NCBI GenBank assembly: GCA_900552495.1
Contig: URZY01000001.1
Location: 55,502 to 119,501 of the forward strand
Source of the DNA: an uncultured Mycoplasmatota bacterium
GTDB lineage: Bacteria > Bacillota_I > Bacilli_A > RF39 > UBA660
Direction: 5' to 3'
Length of the DNA stretch: 64,000 nt
The position numbers and the translations under genes are program-made. Position 1 is the stretch's first letter; each line of letters starts with the position of its first letter. Positions 9,539-19,483 of this stretch are shown piece after piece. Below the pieces are notes generated by a model that saw only the letters and a list, made by a program, of their open reading frames with translations, was not told the origin of the DNA and searched no databases.

Positions 9539-10207
9539 ATGAAAAAGATAATTGTTTTGCTCTCTATTGTTGTATTGTTTTTATCTGGCTGTACAGTGAG
9601 GAAATTGGATGGAACGGATTTAGGTAAGAATATAAAAATCTTATTATCTGATGATGTAAAATTATACAACGTATTTTTTGATGGATATAAGTATTATGTT
9701 CCGAAAGGATTACAAGTTTTAAAAAAAGATGAATATAATGCAGTATTTTTAGATAAGAATGCGAATAAATATTATTTATATATTGATGCAATTAGTTATT
9801 ACCATAAAACAGAAAACACTTATATGGTTGACGATAATATTCATTATTCAAATAAGTTAAATTATAAAGGTAAGACTGGATATATCAATATAGAAGAAAT
9901 TGACGGGAAGTATTACGTTCAATTTATGTTTAATTATGCAAAGATGGAAGCATATGTATCAGAGGAAGATTTGACAACAGTAGTTAATAATATGTGTTAT
10001 GTTTTAAGAACTATAGAGTTTAATGATAAAGTTTTAGAAAGTTTAATTGGTGACAATGTGTTAAGTTATCAAGAGGAAGACTTTACTTTGTTTGATGATG
10101 ATAGTTCTAATGAAGATTTATTGGAAGTTGTTGGAGAAGGTGACGCAAGTAACAAGAATAGCCTTGATAAAGACGATAACTCAATAAGTGTGGATAAAGA
10201 CTATTAA
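9539..10207 (+). CDS. Lipoprotein of unknown function.
   Basis: Signal peptide with lipobox: MKKIIVLLSIVVLFLSGC. Confidence 0.7.
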   Translation: MKKIIVLLSIVVLFLSGCTVRKLDGTDLGKNIKILLSDDVKLYNVFFDGYKYYVPKGLQVLKKDEYNAVFLDKNANKYYLYIDAISYYHKTENTYMVDDNIHYSNKLNYKGKTGYINIEEIDGKYYVQFMFNYAKMEAYVSEEDLTTVVNNMCYVLRTIEFNDKVLESLIGDNVLSYQEEDFTLFDDDSSNEDLLEVVGEGDASNKNSLDKDDNSISVDKDY

Positions 10208-10219
10208 AGAGGTGAATTT

Positions 10220-11338
10220 ATGGGCTTATTTGATAAAATAAAGAATGCTTTATTTGAAGAAGAATATGTAGAAGTAGAAGAAAAACCTAAAAAGCCGAAG
10301 AAAGAAACTCCTAAAAGTAAGGAGGTTGAGCGTCCTATTGCGAAGAAGGTTGTTTTACCTGAGAAGAAAGAGCCTAGGGTAGAAGAACTTGAGGAAGATG
10401 AATTATTAGATGAAGATTTTGAAATTAAACCTAATGAAGTTAAACCTATAGAAGAAAAAAGAAGTTTTAAGGTAATGGATGATGATGATTTTAAAGTTGA
10501 TGATGAAAGAAGTTATCGTTCTAGTGAACCAAAAATTGTTAAAGTAATTGAAAAAGATGAGACTTCTACTCGAGAAGAGACAAGTTTTTATAGGAATAAG
10601 AAAGAAAAGAGTGTTTACGGTATTAATGATGCTAATAAGGTTAATATGCCAGAATATGGAAGCAATAAGAGTTCTTATGATAGTGTTTCTTCATCTTATA
10701 GTGGAATATATGAGAAAAAAGAGGATAGAACACATTTTAAACCATCACCAATTATATCGCCAATTTATGGAATTTTAGATAAAAACTATAAAAAAGAGGA
10801 TGTTGTAACAAAAAAAGAAATCCGTTTGACAAGTAGTTATGCAAGGGAAAATTTAAGTGTTGAAGACGTTCGAAAAAAGGCTTATGGGAGCTTAAGTGAT
10901 GATATAGTTCAGGAAATTGAAGAGGAGCCAAAGAGAAAGGTTTCTGAATCTACAAAAAAAGATGATGATGATACTAATTTATTAGTTGACTTAAGTGATG
11001 ATGAAGATAAACCATCAGTTAAAGAAGTAACTATGGGTGATGCTTTAGAATATTTTGAAGATTTAGGTTTAGAATATAATGTAGATTATGTTGATGCAAA
11101 TAAACCTGCTCCGACTGGTCGTAGAACTAAAGAAAGTTACGATGAGGAAAAAACTATTGCAGAGGATCCAGAAATTATTTCTAAAGTGGAAGAGACAGCA
11201 AAAGAGGACGATGTAGAAAAGAAGAAAGTTGTAGTTAAAGAGGAAGTTGAAGATCCTGTTATTGCGAAAGCAGAAAGTGTTGATTCAGATGATAATTTGT
11301 TTGATTTAATTGATTCAATGTATAAAGAAGACGAATAG
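10220..11338 (+). CDS. Highly acidic K/E/D-rich protein with an N-terminal amphipathic helix.
   Basis: The N-terminus MGLFDKIKNALFEEEYVEV resembles the membrane-targeting helices of SepF/MinD. The rest is low-complexity and charged. It has an RBS and sits 12 nt after the lipoprotein gene. Confidence 0.6.
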   Translation: MGLFDKIKNALFEEEYVEVEEKPKKPKKETPKSKEVERPIAKKVVLPEKKEPRVEELEEDELLDEDFEIKPNEVKPIEEKRSFKVMDDDDFKVDDERSYRSSEPKIVKVIEKDETSTREETSFYRNKKEKSVYGINDANKVNMPEYGSNKSSYDSVSSSYSGIYEKKEDRTHFKPSPIISPIYGILDKNYKKEDVVTKKEIRLTSSYARENLSVEDVRKKAYGSLSDDIVQEIEEEPKRKVSESTKKDDDDTNLLVDLSDDEDKPSVKEVTMGDALEYFEDLGLEYNVDYVDANKPAPTGRRTKESYDEEKTIAEDPEIISKVEETAKEDDVEKKKVVVKEEVEDPVIAKAESVDSDDNLFDLIDSMYKEDE

Positions 11339-11349
11339 GAGGAGAATGA

Positions 11350-11640
11350 ATGGAAGCTTTAAATGTAATTTTGCCTGTATTATTATATATAGCTGGTTTC
11401 ATATTATTAATAGTATTAATAATTTTAGGAATCAGATTAATTCAAGTACTTAATAAAGTAGATAGAATAGTTGATAATGTTGAGGAAAAGGTCAACTCTT
11501 TAAATACGGCATTTAATGTTGTTGATAGAGTATCAGATACATTAGCAACAGTTGGAGAATCGGTTATTACAACTATTGTTGGCGGAATTTCTAGAATTTT
11601 TAATAAGAGAATGAAGAAAGAGGAGGATTATTATGAGTAA
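11350..11640 (+). CDS. DUF948/YtxG-like small membrane protein.
   Basis: An N-terminal TM helix followed by a coiled coil, immediately followed by a YtxH-like gene as in the B. subtilis ytxGHJ operon. Confidence 0.6.
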   Translation: MEALNVILPVLLYIAGFILLIVLIILGIRLIQVLNKVDRIVDNVEEKVNSLNTAFNVVDRVSDTLATVGESVITTIVGGISRIFNKRMKKEEDYYE

Positions 11641-12040
11641 AGAAAAAAAATCAGGATTTGGAAAATTTTTGGCAGGAGCAGCTATTGGGGCAGGATTAGG
11701 AATTTTGTTTGCACCTAAAAAAGGTAGTGAAACACGAGCTGACTTAAAGGCTAAAATTGATGAGCTTGTTAAACAAGTTAAAAATATTGATATTGATGAA
11801 GTTAAAGAAGAGTTTGAAATGAAACTTGAAAGCTTAAAAGCAGAATTAGCAGACTTGGATAAAGAAAAAGTGTTAGATATTGCAAAGAAAAAATCAAAAG
11901 AATTAAAAGAAAAAGCTCAAGAATTAGTTGATTTAGCTATTGAAAAAGGTACACCAATCTTAAGAGATATGGCTGAAGAAGTTAGATTAAAAACAATAGA
12001 TGTTACTAAAGAAGTTTTAAAAAAACTTGAAAGTAAATAA
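11633..12040 (+). CDS. YtxH-like general stress protein.
   Basis: GFGKFLAGAAIGAGLGILFAPKKGSETR plus a K/E-rich coiled coil. It overlaps the end of the upstream gene. Confidence 0.65.
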   Translation: MSKEKKSGFGKFLAGAAIGAGLGILFAPKKGSETRADLKAKIDELVKQVKNIDIDEVKEEFEMKLESLKAELADLDKEKVLDIAKKKSKELKEKAQELVDLAIEKGTPILRDMAEEVRLKTIDVTKEVLKKLESK

Positions 12041-12093
12041 GAAGGGTGGCTTAAATATAAGTCATTCTTTTTTTTAGGGAGCATAATATTAGT

Positions 12094-13002
12094 ATGGGAA
12101 TTTTTAGTAAGACATATTTTAAAAATAAAATTGAGTTAGATAATAATGTAGTAGATATTTGTCCAACTGTTAACTATTCTGATATTGGTAATGATGGTTA
12201 TACGGTTCAAGGTTTAACATTTGCAAATAAATATATAATTATTTCGGCTTATCATAAGAATAGTGATGGTTTTTTAAAAAAGTCACGAATATATTTTTAT
12301 GCAAAAAAAACAGGGATGTATCGTGGGTTTATTGAATTAGATAATAGTGCCCATGTTGGTGGAATTAGTTATGATGATATTAATGATGTTCTATTTGTAA
12401 CTGGTAGTTATGGACGAGTAAATGCTTATAATCTGGCCAGTATTTTATCTGTACTTGACGGAAGTGGAAAGATAATAAAATACGATAGTAGTAATTTAGA
12501 TATTAGTTTGGTGTTAGAGGGAAATGTTAGTGCAGCTACGCTTTATTTTTACGAGGGATGTTTGTTGGTAGCTACCTGTTCAGAAATAGGAAGAATTGTT
12601 AAGTATAAACTTAGATATAGTAATGAGAAAATATTAGTGGATAGTTATCAAGTTTTTTCTAATTTACCGGCTTGCATTCAAGGATTATGTTTATTTAAAA
12701 ATGAAAATAAACTTTATTATGCTATGAGTCAATCTTATGGGAAGATTCCTTCTAAAATTGGAATTTATGATAATAGTTTTAATTTTATTGGTCAGTTTGT
12801 AACTAATGTGACAGGGGTTGAAGGAATTGATATTTCAAAGGATGGTAAAATATATATGGTATTTGAAAACTCTAGTACTAAGATGATGAATGTTCATTTG
12901 TCAAAATTTAAGGATAAGAGAAATAAAAAATTAGATGAACTATATATATCAAAAGGGAGAATACATCAAAATAAATTGGATGCTAGAGAAAAAATGTTAT
13001 AA
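12094..13002 (+). CDS. Hypothetical protein, 302 aa.
   Basis: Long ORF with good coding periodicity. I recognise no motif. Confidence 0.5.
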   Translation: MGIFSKTYFKNKIELDNNVVDICPTVNYSDIGNDGYTVQGLTFANKYIIISAYHKNSDGFLKKSRIYFYAKKTGMYRGFIELDNSAHVGGISYDDINDVLFVTGSYGRVNAYNLASILSVLDGSGKIIKYDSSNLDISLVLEGNVSAATLYFYEGCLLVATCSEIGRIVKYKLRYSNEKILVDSYQVFSNLPACIQGLCLFKNENKLYYAMSQSYGKIPSKIGIYDNSFNFIGQFVTNVTGVEGIDISKDGKIYMVFENSSTKMMNVHLSKFKDKRNKKLDELYISKGRIHQNKLDAREKML

Positions 13003-13039
13003 AATGTTTTAAATATTAAAATTTTATGTTATTATAGAT

Positions 13040-13256
13040 GTAAGTTTTCGATGAAGAATATTTAGTAGTTTATTTGCTGTTAAAATAGAGATTTAGTGGT
13101 TGGTGAAAACTAAAAAAGGTGAATAAATGAATTACGTGTTTGGAGAAAAAACGTTTATCGCGTTAAGATATGAAGTGCATAGACTTGGATAGTTTATGAA
13201 TTAAGGTGGTACCGCGAATATTTCGTCCTTAGGTGATTAGAAATATTCGTTTTTTT
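13040..13256 (+). promoter_or_regulatory. T-box riboswitch leader, probably tyrosine-specific, controlling the CYTH-tyrS operon.
   Basis: AGAGA box near 13087. Conserved T-box sequence AATTAAGGTGGTACCGCG at 13199-13216. Terminator GCGAATATTTC...GAAATATTCG followed by TTTTTTT at 13214-13256, whose 5' half can pair alternatively with the T-box (antiterminator). A UAC triplet in GAAUUACG (~13132) is a candidate specifier. Confidence 0.75.
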
Positions 13257-13272
13257 GTTAGGAGGGAAATAG

Positions 13273-13818
13273 ATGCATACAGAATATGAAGTAAGAATAT
13301 TGGAAATTGATACAAATGTTGTGGAAACAAGGTTAAAGGAATTGGGTGCTGAGTTTTGTTGGGATAAAATTCAAAGGCGATATGTTTACGATTTAATTCC
13401 AAAGGTTGATGGAAAATGGATTAGACTTAGAACTAATGGTGATAAAACAACTTTGACAATTAAGAATTTAGTTTCTTCGAAGATTGATGGAACACAAGAA
13501 TTAGAAATAGAAGTTGATAATTTTGAAAGGTGTCATCTAATTTTGAAAGAATTGGGCTATGAACCAAAAGGATATCAGGAAAATAGAAGAAGACATTATG
13601 TTTTAAATGGTGTTGATATTGATATTGATTTTTGGCCATTAATTCCTACTTATTTGGAAATTGAAGGCAGTAGTGAGGAGGCTGTTTATAAGACTTTGGA
13701 GGCATTAGGTTTTTCTAAAGAAACAGCTACTACGATGGATGTAGATGGTGTATATAAAAGTTATGGTCATAATTTAGAGGAAATATTTGATTTACGTTTA
13801 GAGGAGGAAAGAAGATAA
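13273..13818 (+). CDS. CYTH-domain protein (CyaB/triphosphate tunnel metalloenzyme family).
   Basis: N-terminal EYEVRILEID and beta-rich acidic motifs (ELEIEVD, DIDIDFW...YLEIEG) typical of CYTH. Its stop overlaps the tyrS start (ATGA). Confidence 0.75.
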   Translation: MHTEYEVRILEIDTNVVETRLKELGAEFCWDKIQRRYVYDLIPKVDGKWIRLRTNGDKTTLTIKNLVSSKIDGTQELEIEVDNFERCHLILKELGYEPKGYQENRRRHYVLNGVDIDIDFWPLIPTYLEIEGSSEEAVYKTLEALGFSKETATTMDVDGVYKSYGHNLEEIFDLRLEEERR

Positions 13819-15050
13819 TGACAAATTGGGAAGAGTTACAGTGGAGAGGTTTAGTTAAGGATGTAGCTGGCGATGGTATTGAAAATAAAATTAATAATGA
13901 GAGTGTTACATTTTATTGGGGAACTGATCCTACAGCAGATAGTCTACATTTAGGACATTATAGTTCTTTGGTTACAGCAAAGAGATTAATGTTGATGGGA
14001 CATAAGCCGATTCTTTTATGTGGTGGAGCAACTGGAAGAATTGGGGATCCTCGGCCAACGGCAGAAAGAGAAATAATGAGTCTAGAAGAATTAGATAAAA
14101 ATATTGGTTGTATTAGAGAACAAATAGATAAGATATTTGATGGTAAAGCTAAATTAGTTAATAATTATGATTGGTTTAAGGATTATAATTATTTAGACTT
14201 TTTAAGAGATATTGGAAAATATATTAATGTTAATTATATGCTATCAAAGGATATTATTGATCGTCGACTTGATAGTGGAATTACATATGCCGAATTTAGT
14301 TATATGTTAATTCAGGGATTTGATTTTTTACATATGTATGAGGAAATGGGCTGTGTAATGCAAGTAGAAGGTTCTGACCAATGGGGAAATATCACTACTG
14401 GTGTTGATTTGATTCGTAAAATTAAAGGTGAGGAAGCTTATGCCTTTACAATGCCACTTATTTTAGATGCAACCGGGAAAAAATTTGGTAAAAGCGAAGG
14501 GAATGCTTTATGGTTGGATGAAAAAAAGACCTCAAGTTATGAACTATACCAATATTTATTAAATACTGATGATTCAAAAGTATATGAATATTTAAAGGTC
14601 TTTACTTTTCTAACACCAGAAGAAATCGATTCTATTATGAAAGAACATATGAAATCACCACATTTAAGAGGAGCACAAAAAATGCTTGCAAAATGTATTA
14701 TTACTGATTTACATGGCGAAGAGTCTTATAATAATGCTGTTTTAATTAGTGAAAAGTTATTTAGTGGAGATATAAGTAGTTTTAATGAGAGTGATATTAA
14801 GGCAGCATTTAAAGGAATCGAGGCCTTTAAAATAGATTCTGATATTAATATTGTAGATTTATTGGTGAGTAGTGGCGCTTGTTCTAGTAAAAGAGAGGCC
14901 CGTGAGTTTATTAATAATGGTTCTATTACCTTTAATGGGAAGAAGATAGAAGAACAAGAATTAATGATTACTAAAGCAAATTGTTTAGTAAATAAATATA
15001 TGATTATTCGCCGTGGAAAGAAAAAGTATTATATAGGAATTTACGAATAG
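13818..15050 (+). CDS. tyrS: Tyrosyl-tRNA synthetase.
   Basis: HIGH-region equivalent DPTADSLHLGHY, KMSKS-equivalent KFGKSEGN, and a C-terminal S4-like domain. Confidence 0.9.
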   Translation: MTNWEELQWRGLVKDVAGDGIENKINNESVTFYWGTDPTADSLHLGHYSSLVTAKRLMLMGHKPILLCGGATGRIGDPRPTAEREIMSLEELDKNIGCIREQIDKIFDGKAKLVNNYDWFKDYNYLDFLRDIGKYINVNYMLSKDIIDRRLDSGITYAEFSYMLIQGFDFLHMYEEMGCVMQVEGSDQWGNITTGVDLIRKIKGEEAYAFTMPLILDATGKKFGKSEGNALWLDEKKTSSYELYQYLLNTDDSKVYEYLKVFTFLTPEEIDSIMKEHMKSPHLRGAQKMLAKCIITDLHGEESYNNAVLISEKLFSGDISSFNESDIKAAFKGIEAFKIDSDINIVDLLVSSGACSSKREAREFINNGSITFNGKKIEEQELMITKANCLVNKYMIIRRGKKKYYIGIYE

Positions 15051-15147
15051 TAAAATTGACAGAAAAAGAAAGTGCTATCTAGAGTATTTTCTTTTTTTCT
15101 GTGGAAAAGAATATAATATTTTGTTAGAATGATAATGGGAGGTTTTT

Positions 15148-16359
15148 ATGAGTAAGAAAAAAATTAGTAAAATATTAAAAATAGTCACTTTTATTTGTGT
15201 GGTTATTTTGGTTATAGAATTAGCTTATATTGGTTTTTTTATAGAAAAGAAGTCAATATATTTTGATGGGATAAATGCAGTTATTTCCGTTGAAAATGGG
15301 TTAGTAACTGTGGGAAGTAATAATAATAATGAACAGCACTTTGAAAAGGCAAAGATTACTAAATATAATTTGAAAAAAGAGAAAAAAATGGAAGTTTTGT
15401 ACAATAAAGGGTATAATGGTGTCTTTTTTGATGTCTTAGAAGATGAAAATAGTAATTTGGTAGCAGTTGGTAGTTACGAAGCTACTAAAGAGGAAAATGA
15501 AAAGGGCATTAGGACAGCATTAATTGTTAAATATGATAAAGAAGGCAATATTTTATATGAGGCTGATTTTCAATTATTAGGCAATTCTAAGTATACGAAT
15601 GTTTATGAAGTAGATGATGGTTATATTGTAGTTGGACAAAGTGTATATGAGGATATGATTGTTGGTTTAAGTGAAGATGGTGGAGCTTATATTGCTAAAT
15701 ATAATAAGGAGTTAGAAGTTGAATGGATGGAGCATTATGGAGATTCTAAGACTGCTATTTATAATGATTTAGTGATTGATAGTGGAAAAATTTATGCTGT
15801 TGGTAAGACTGATTCAGTTAAAGGTGTTGTCGCTTGTTATGATTTAGATGGAAAGTTATTGAAAAGTGTAGAATATGAAAATGTTGATAATTTGGGATTT
15901 ACTGGAATAGTAATTAAAGATGACAAATTGTTTGTTAGTGGTGGAAAGGTGATTGAAAATAATCAAACTGATAGTGACGGACTAATTGTTCAATATGATA
16001 AGGAACTTAATTATATAAAGGATGTTACTTATGATAATAAAGGAGTAGAGAGATTTAATCAATTGGTTATTGATGAAGAGGATGATGTAGTAGCAATCGG
16101 GACAGTTTCGTTACTTGATAAGGCTAATGATAAAGATGGTAAGGCATTTAATCATGATGGAGTAATTGCAAAGTATGATAAGGATTTAGAAAAAGTAATG
16201 ATTGTTCCTTATGGGGATGATAGAGATGATTATTTTACAGATATAATTATTTTTGAAGATAATTATTTGGTAGTTGGTTACTCATCATATGAGGATGGTA
16301 GTTATTTAAGTAAATTTATTACTTATAGTTATGCGCTTAAGACGTTGGGGGTAGAGTAA
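15148..16359 (+). CDS. Membrane-anchored protein with PQQ-like beta-propeller repeats.
   Basis: N-terminal TM helix, then about six ~45-aa repeats ((I/V)xKYDKxGxxxW...GYIVVGxS). Confidence 0.6.
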   Translation: MSKKKISKILKIVTFICVVILVIELAYIGFFIEKKSIYFDGINAVISVENGLVTVGSNNNNEQHFEKAKITKYNLKKEKKMEVLYNKGYNGVFFDVLEDENSNLVAVGSYEATKEENEKGIRTALIVKYDKEGNILYEADFQLLGNSKYTNVYEVDDGYIVVGQSVYEDMIVGLSEDGGAYIAKYNKELEVEWMEHYGDSKTAIYNDLVIDSGKIYAVGKTDSVKGVVACYDLDGKLLKSVEYENVDNLGFTGIVIKDDKLFVSGGKVIENNQTDSDGLIVQYDKELNYIKDVTYDNKGVERFNQLVIDEEDDVVAIGTVSLLDKANDKDGKAFNHDGVIAKYDKDLEKVMIVPYGDDRDDYFTDIIIFEDNYLVVGYSSYEDGSYLSKFITYSYALKTLGVE

Positions 16360-16902
16360 GTGAAATTAACGTTAGTAAGACATGGTCAAACAGAAAGCAA
16401 TTATTTAAATATTTGTCAAGGTAGTTCTAATATTTTACTTAATGATACAGGGAGAAGAGAATGTCAAAAATTAAGAAATAAAATAAAAAATAAACATTAT
16501 GATGTTTGTTATATGTCACCATTAGTTAGAGCGGTGGAAACAGCGATGATTTTAATTGGAGATAGAGTGCAGATGATCCCTGACAAAAGATTAATTGATA
16601 GAGATCTTGGTCAATTAGAGGGTAGGCCTAGAAGTGAATATGATGTTAATCTTTATTGGGACTATAATTTAAATAGCGACGAAAAGGGGGTAGAGGCTTT
16701 ACAAGATATTTTTAAACGTTGCCAGGATTTCCTAGATTTTTTATATGAACATCATTCTTGTCAAAGCGTTTTGATTGTAACTCATGCGGCAATTATTAGA
16801 GCGATGAGGCATATTATATTGAAGAGTGATTTAAATAAGAAATTGACTCTTCGAACAATTGAAAATTGTTATTTTGAGGAATTTGAATTAAAAGATAAAT
16901 AA
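16360..16902 (+). CDS. Histidine phosphatase (phosphoglycerate mutase) family protein.
   Basis: The RHG motif (LVRHGQTESN) at the N-terminus. GTG start overlaps the stop of the upstream gene. Confidence 0.75.
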   Translation: MKLTLVRHGQTESNYLNICQGSSNILLNDTGRRECQKLRNKIKNKHYDVCYMSPLVRAVETAMILIGDRVQMIPDKRLIDRDLGQLEGRPRSEYDVNLYWDYNLNSDEKGVEALQDIFKRCQDFLDFLYEHHSCQSVLIVTHAAIIRAMRHIILKSDLNKKLTLRTIENCYFEEFELKDK

Positions 16903-16946
16903 GATTTTAATTGTTTGATTTATGTATTTTGAAAGAGGTTATTTTT

Positions 16947-18542
16947 ATGGTAAAGAAAGGTTTATTTGGGGTTTCATTATTGACAATGGCTTGCTTGTAT
17001 GGAATGCTTGCGGCAGTTGTGTTTTTGATTTGTATTTTATGTGATATACAATTAAGTTTGGTAGTATTAATATCTATTATAATATTTGTATTGCAGTTTT
17101 TATTAGCACCATTTTTTACAGACATTGTTATGAAGTGGTTTTATAAGGCTAAGTTTGATTATCAGATGCCTGACTATTTTAAGGTTTTTGTTGAGGAAGT
17201 TTGTGCAACTAATAATATGAAGTATCCAAAAATTGGGTATATTGATGATGGTGCACCAAATGCTTTTACTTATGGTCGAACAAAAAATGATGCAAGAATA
17301 GTTGTTACTCGTGGTTTATTTGAACTATTAAATGAAGAGGAAGTTAAAAGTGTAGTAGCTCATGAGTTGGGACATGCTGTACATTATGATATGTTATTTA
17401 TGACAGTTGCACAATTGGTTCCATTAATTTTATATTATATTTATTTAACGTTTACATCTAATTTGGATGATGATGATAATAAATTAGCGATTATCGGATT
17501 AATAGCTTATATATTTTATGTTATTTGCCAATATGTTATTTTGTGGTTGTCAAGAGTTAGGGAATATTATGCGGATAGTTTTGCGGTAGAAGTTACGAAA
17601 AATCCTAATGCTTTAGCAGAGGCGTTAGTTAAGATTGGTTATGGTTTAACGACATCAACTACTAAAGAGGGTAAAATGTCTGCTTCTCGCCCTAATACTT
17701 TGGGTATAATGGATGCAAAAACATCGAAGTCACTAATTGTAAGTAGTTATGATGATGGTAAAATTTCAAAAGACAATATTAAGAGAGCTATGCGTTGGGA
17801 GAAATGGAATATTTGGGCAAAATGGTATGAATTTTTTTCAACACATCCTTTAATTTCTAAGCGACTTGAGGCTATTTCGGCTAGAAGTAATGAGTTTGAT
17901 CAAAATCCATATATTGTATTTGATGAAGTGCCAACAGAAAGTTATGTTGATGATTTCTTGTTTGAACTTTTATTAATAGCTATCCCTACTATTTTATTAA
18001 TATTGGCAATTGTACTTGTTGTAATGTATTTATTTTTGGAGAAAGTAATGTTATTAAAAGCATTAATGTTTTTTCCAGCTATCGCATTGTTATTTGGTTT
18101 GATTAAACTTAATCGGACACATAAAAATAAAGATTATAAGGAAACTAAAGTAGCCGATTTGTTAGCTGAAGTTAAGGTTTCTGGAGTTACTTCTGTTCCT
18201 TGTATTTTAGAAGGAGAAGTTATTGGAAGAGGGGATCCAGGTTGTATTTTTAATGAAGATTTTGTTTTAAAGGATGAGACAGGAATCGTTTTTGTCGATT
18301 ATAAAAGAGTAATTGGATTTATGAATATAATTGATGGGTTAACTAAAACTAAAAGCTTATTTGGTAAGAAGATAAGAGTTAAAGGTTGGTATAGACGAAG
18401 TCCAGTTCCTTATGTGGAAATATATGAAATGTGGGAGGGAAATGGTAAACATAAGAAATTTTATTCTTATGGTTTGTCAAAGTTCTTTATTATTTTATTT
18501 TTAATAATGGCTATAGTAATACCAATTATTTATTTGGTTTAA
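16947..18542 (+). CDS. M48-family (HtpX-like) zinc metalloprotease with a large C-terminal extension.
   Basis: HEXXH motif VVAHELGHAVHYD. TM helices at the N-terminus and again around residue 340-380. The C-terminal ~150 aa is unique. RBS GAAAGAGGT lies upstream of the ATG at 16947. Confidence 0.75.
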   Translation: MVKKGLFGVSLLTMACLYGMLAAVVFLICILCDIQLSLVVLISIIIFVLQFLLAPFFTDIVMKWFYKAKFDYQMPDYFKVFVEEVCATNNMKYPKIGYIDDGAPNAFTYGRTKNDARIVVTRGLFELLNEEEVKSVVAHELGHAVHYDMLFMTVAQLVPLILYYIYLTFTSNLDDDDNKLAIIGLIAYIFYVICQYVILWLSRVREYYADSFAVEVTKNPNALAEALVKIGYGLTTSTTKEGKMSASRPNTLGIMDAKTSKSLIVSSYDDGKISKDNIKRAMRWEKWNIWAKWYEFFSTHPLISKRLEAISARSNEFDQNPYIVFDEVPTESYVDDFLFELLLIAIPTILLILAIVLVVMYLFLEKVMLLKALMFFPAIALLFGLIKLNRTHKNKDYKETKVADLLAEVKVSGVTSVPCILEGEVIGRGDPGCIFNEDFVLKDETGIVFVDYKRVIGFMNIIDGLTKTKSLFGKKIRVKGWYRRSPVPYVEIYEMWEGNGKHKKFYSYGLSKFFIILFLIMAIVIPIIYLV

Positions 18543-18578
18543 TAAAATAAAAAAACTACACATTTTGTGTAGTCTTTT

Positions 18579-19181
18579 TTATTTGTTGTAGAATTCAACG
18601 ATTAATGCTTCGTTAATATCAGCGTTAAGTTCATTTCTTTCTGGAAGTCTAACGTATGTAGCTTCTTTTTTGTTTTCATCATAAGTGATGAATTCAACTC
18701 TTTTTGTAACTTTTTCTAGAGCTTCATTAACAACTTTTAAGTTCTTGTCATCTTCTTTTAATGAGATAACATCGCCAACTTTAACCTTGTATGATGGTAT
18801 GTCAACTTTTTTACCATTAACTGTTACGTGTCCATGGTTAACAAGTTGTCTAGCAGCACGACGAGTTGTTGCAAAACCAATACGGTATACTAGGTTATCT
18901 AAACGTGATTCTAATAATCTTAAGAAGTTAGTACCATGAATACCAGATAACTTTCCTGCCTCTAGGAAAGTCTTGTGGAATTGTTTTTCATTAACTCCAT
19001 ACATAAAACGTACTTTTTGCTTTTCTTTTAATTGTGTACCATAGTCAGATGGCTTACCTTTACGAGCATTACCATGTTGACCCGGACCATAAGGACGACG
19101 AGCTAACTCTTTACCAGTTTCACTAATTGAAAAGCCAACACGACGAGCTTGCTTATAAGATGGACCTGTGTATCTTGCCAT
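18579..19181 (-). CDS. rpsD: 30S ribosomal protein S4.
   Basis: [37 protein letters not shown]... Confidence 0.95.
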   Translation of the reverse strand: MARYTGPSYKQARRVGFSISETGKELARRPYGPGQHGNARKGKPSDYGTQLKEKQKVRFMYGVNEKQFHKTFLEAGKLSGIHGTNFLRLLESRLDNLVYRIGFATTRRAARQLVNHGHVTVNGKKVDIPSYKVKVGDVISLKEDDKNLKVVNEALEKVTKRVEFITYDENKKEATYVRLPERNELNADINEALIVEFYNK

Positions 19182-19483
19182 AATTTAATTTCTCCTTTCA
19201 TTTTTACAAATCAATGAAATGAATTGGTCGTATCTTAGGGAGTTTTTCTTACCTTTTCGCATAAACAGCTCTTGTTACTAAGCTAAGATTGAAAAACACT
19301 TTAAAACACTCCAATTCCGCTGTTTCAAGGAATTTGCATTATTAATTATAGGTTAAATATGTTGATATGTCAAGGATTTTATGTAACTAGTTAGCGTTAA
19401 AAGAAGAATTTTATCTAAAACAGTAGAAAATTGTTGTATATTTGTGATAGAATATGTTTAGAATTGAAAATAGAGGTGAGGAT

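Noticed and set aside
8956-9791. ORFs 8956..9147(-), 9436..9669(-), 9564..9791(-) antisense to trmB and the lipoprotein gene.
   Set aside because: Antisense shadow ORFs within stronger coding regions.
10548-10778. ORF 10548..10778(+) inside the acidic protein gene.
   Set aside because: Alternative-frame ORF within a longer ORF.
16907-17125. ORF 16907..17125(-) antisense to the M48 protease start.
   Set aside because: Antisense shadow ORF.
18685-18939. ORF antisense to rpsD.
   Set aside because: rpsD is unambiguous. This is a shadow ORF.
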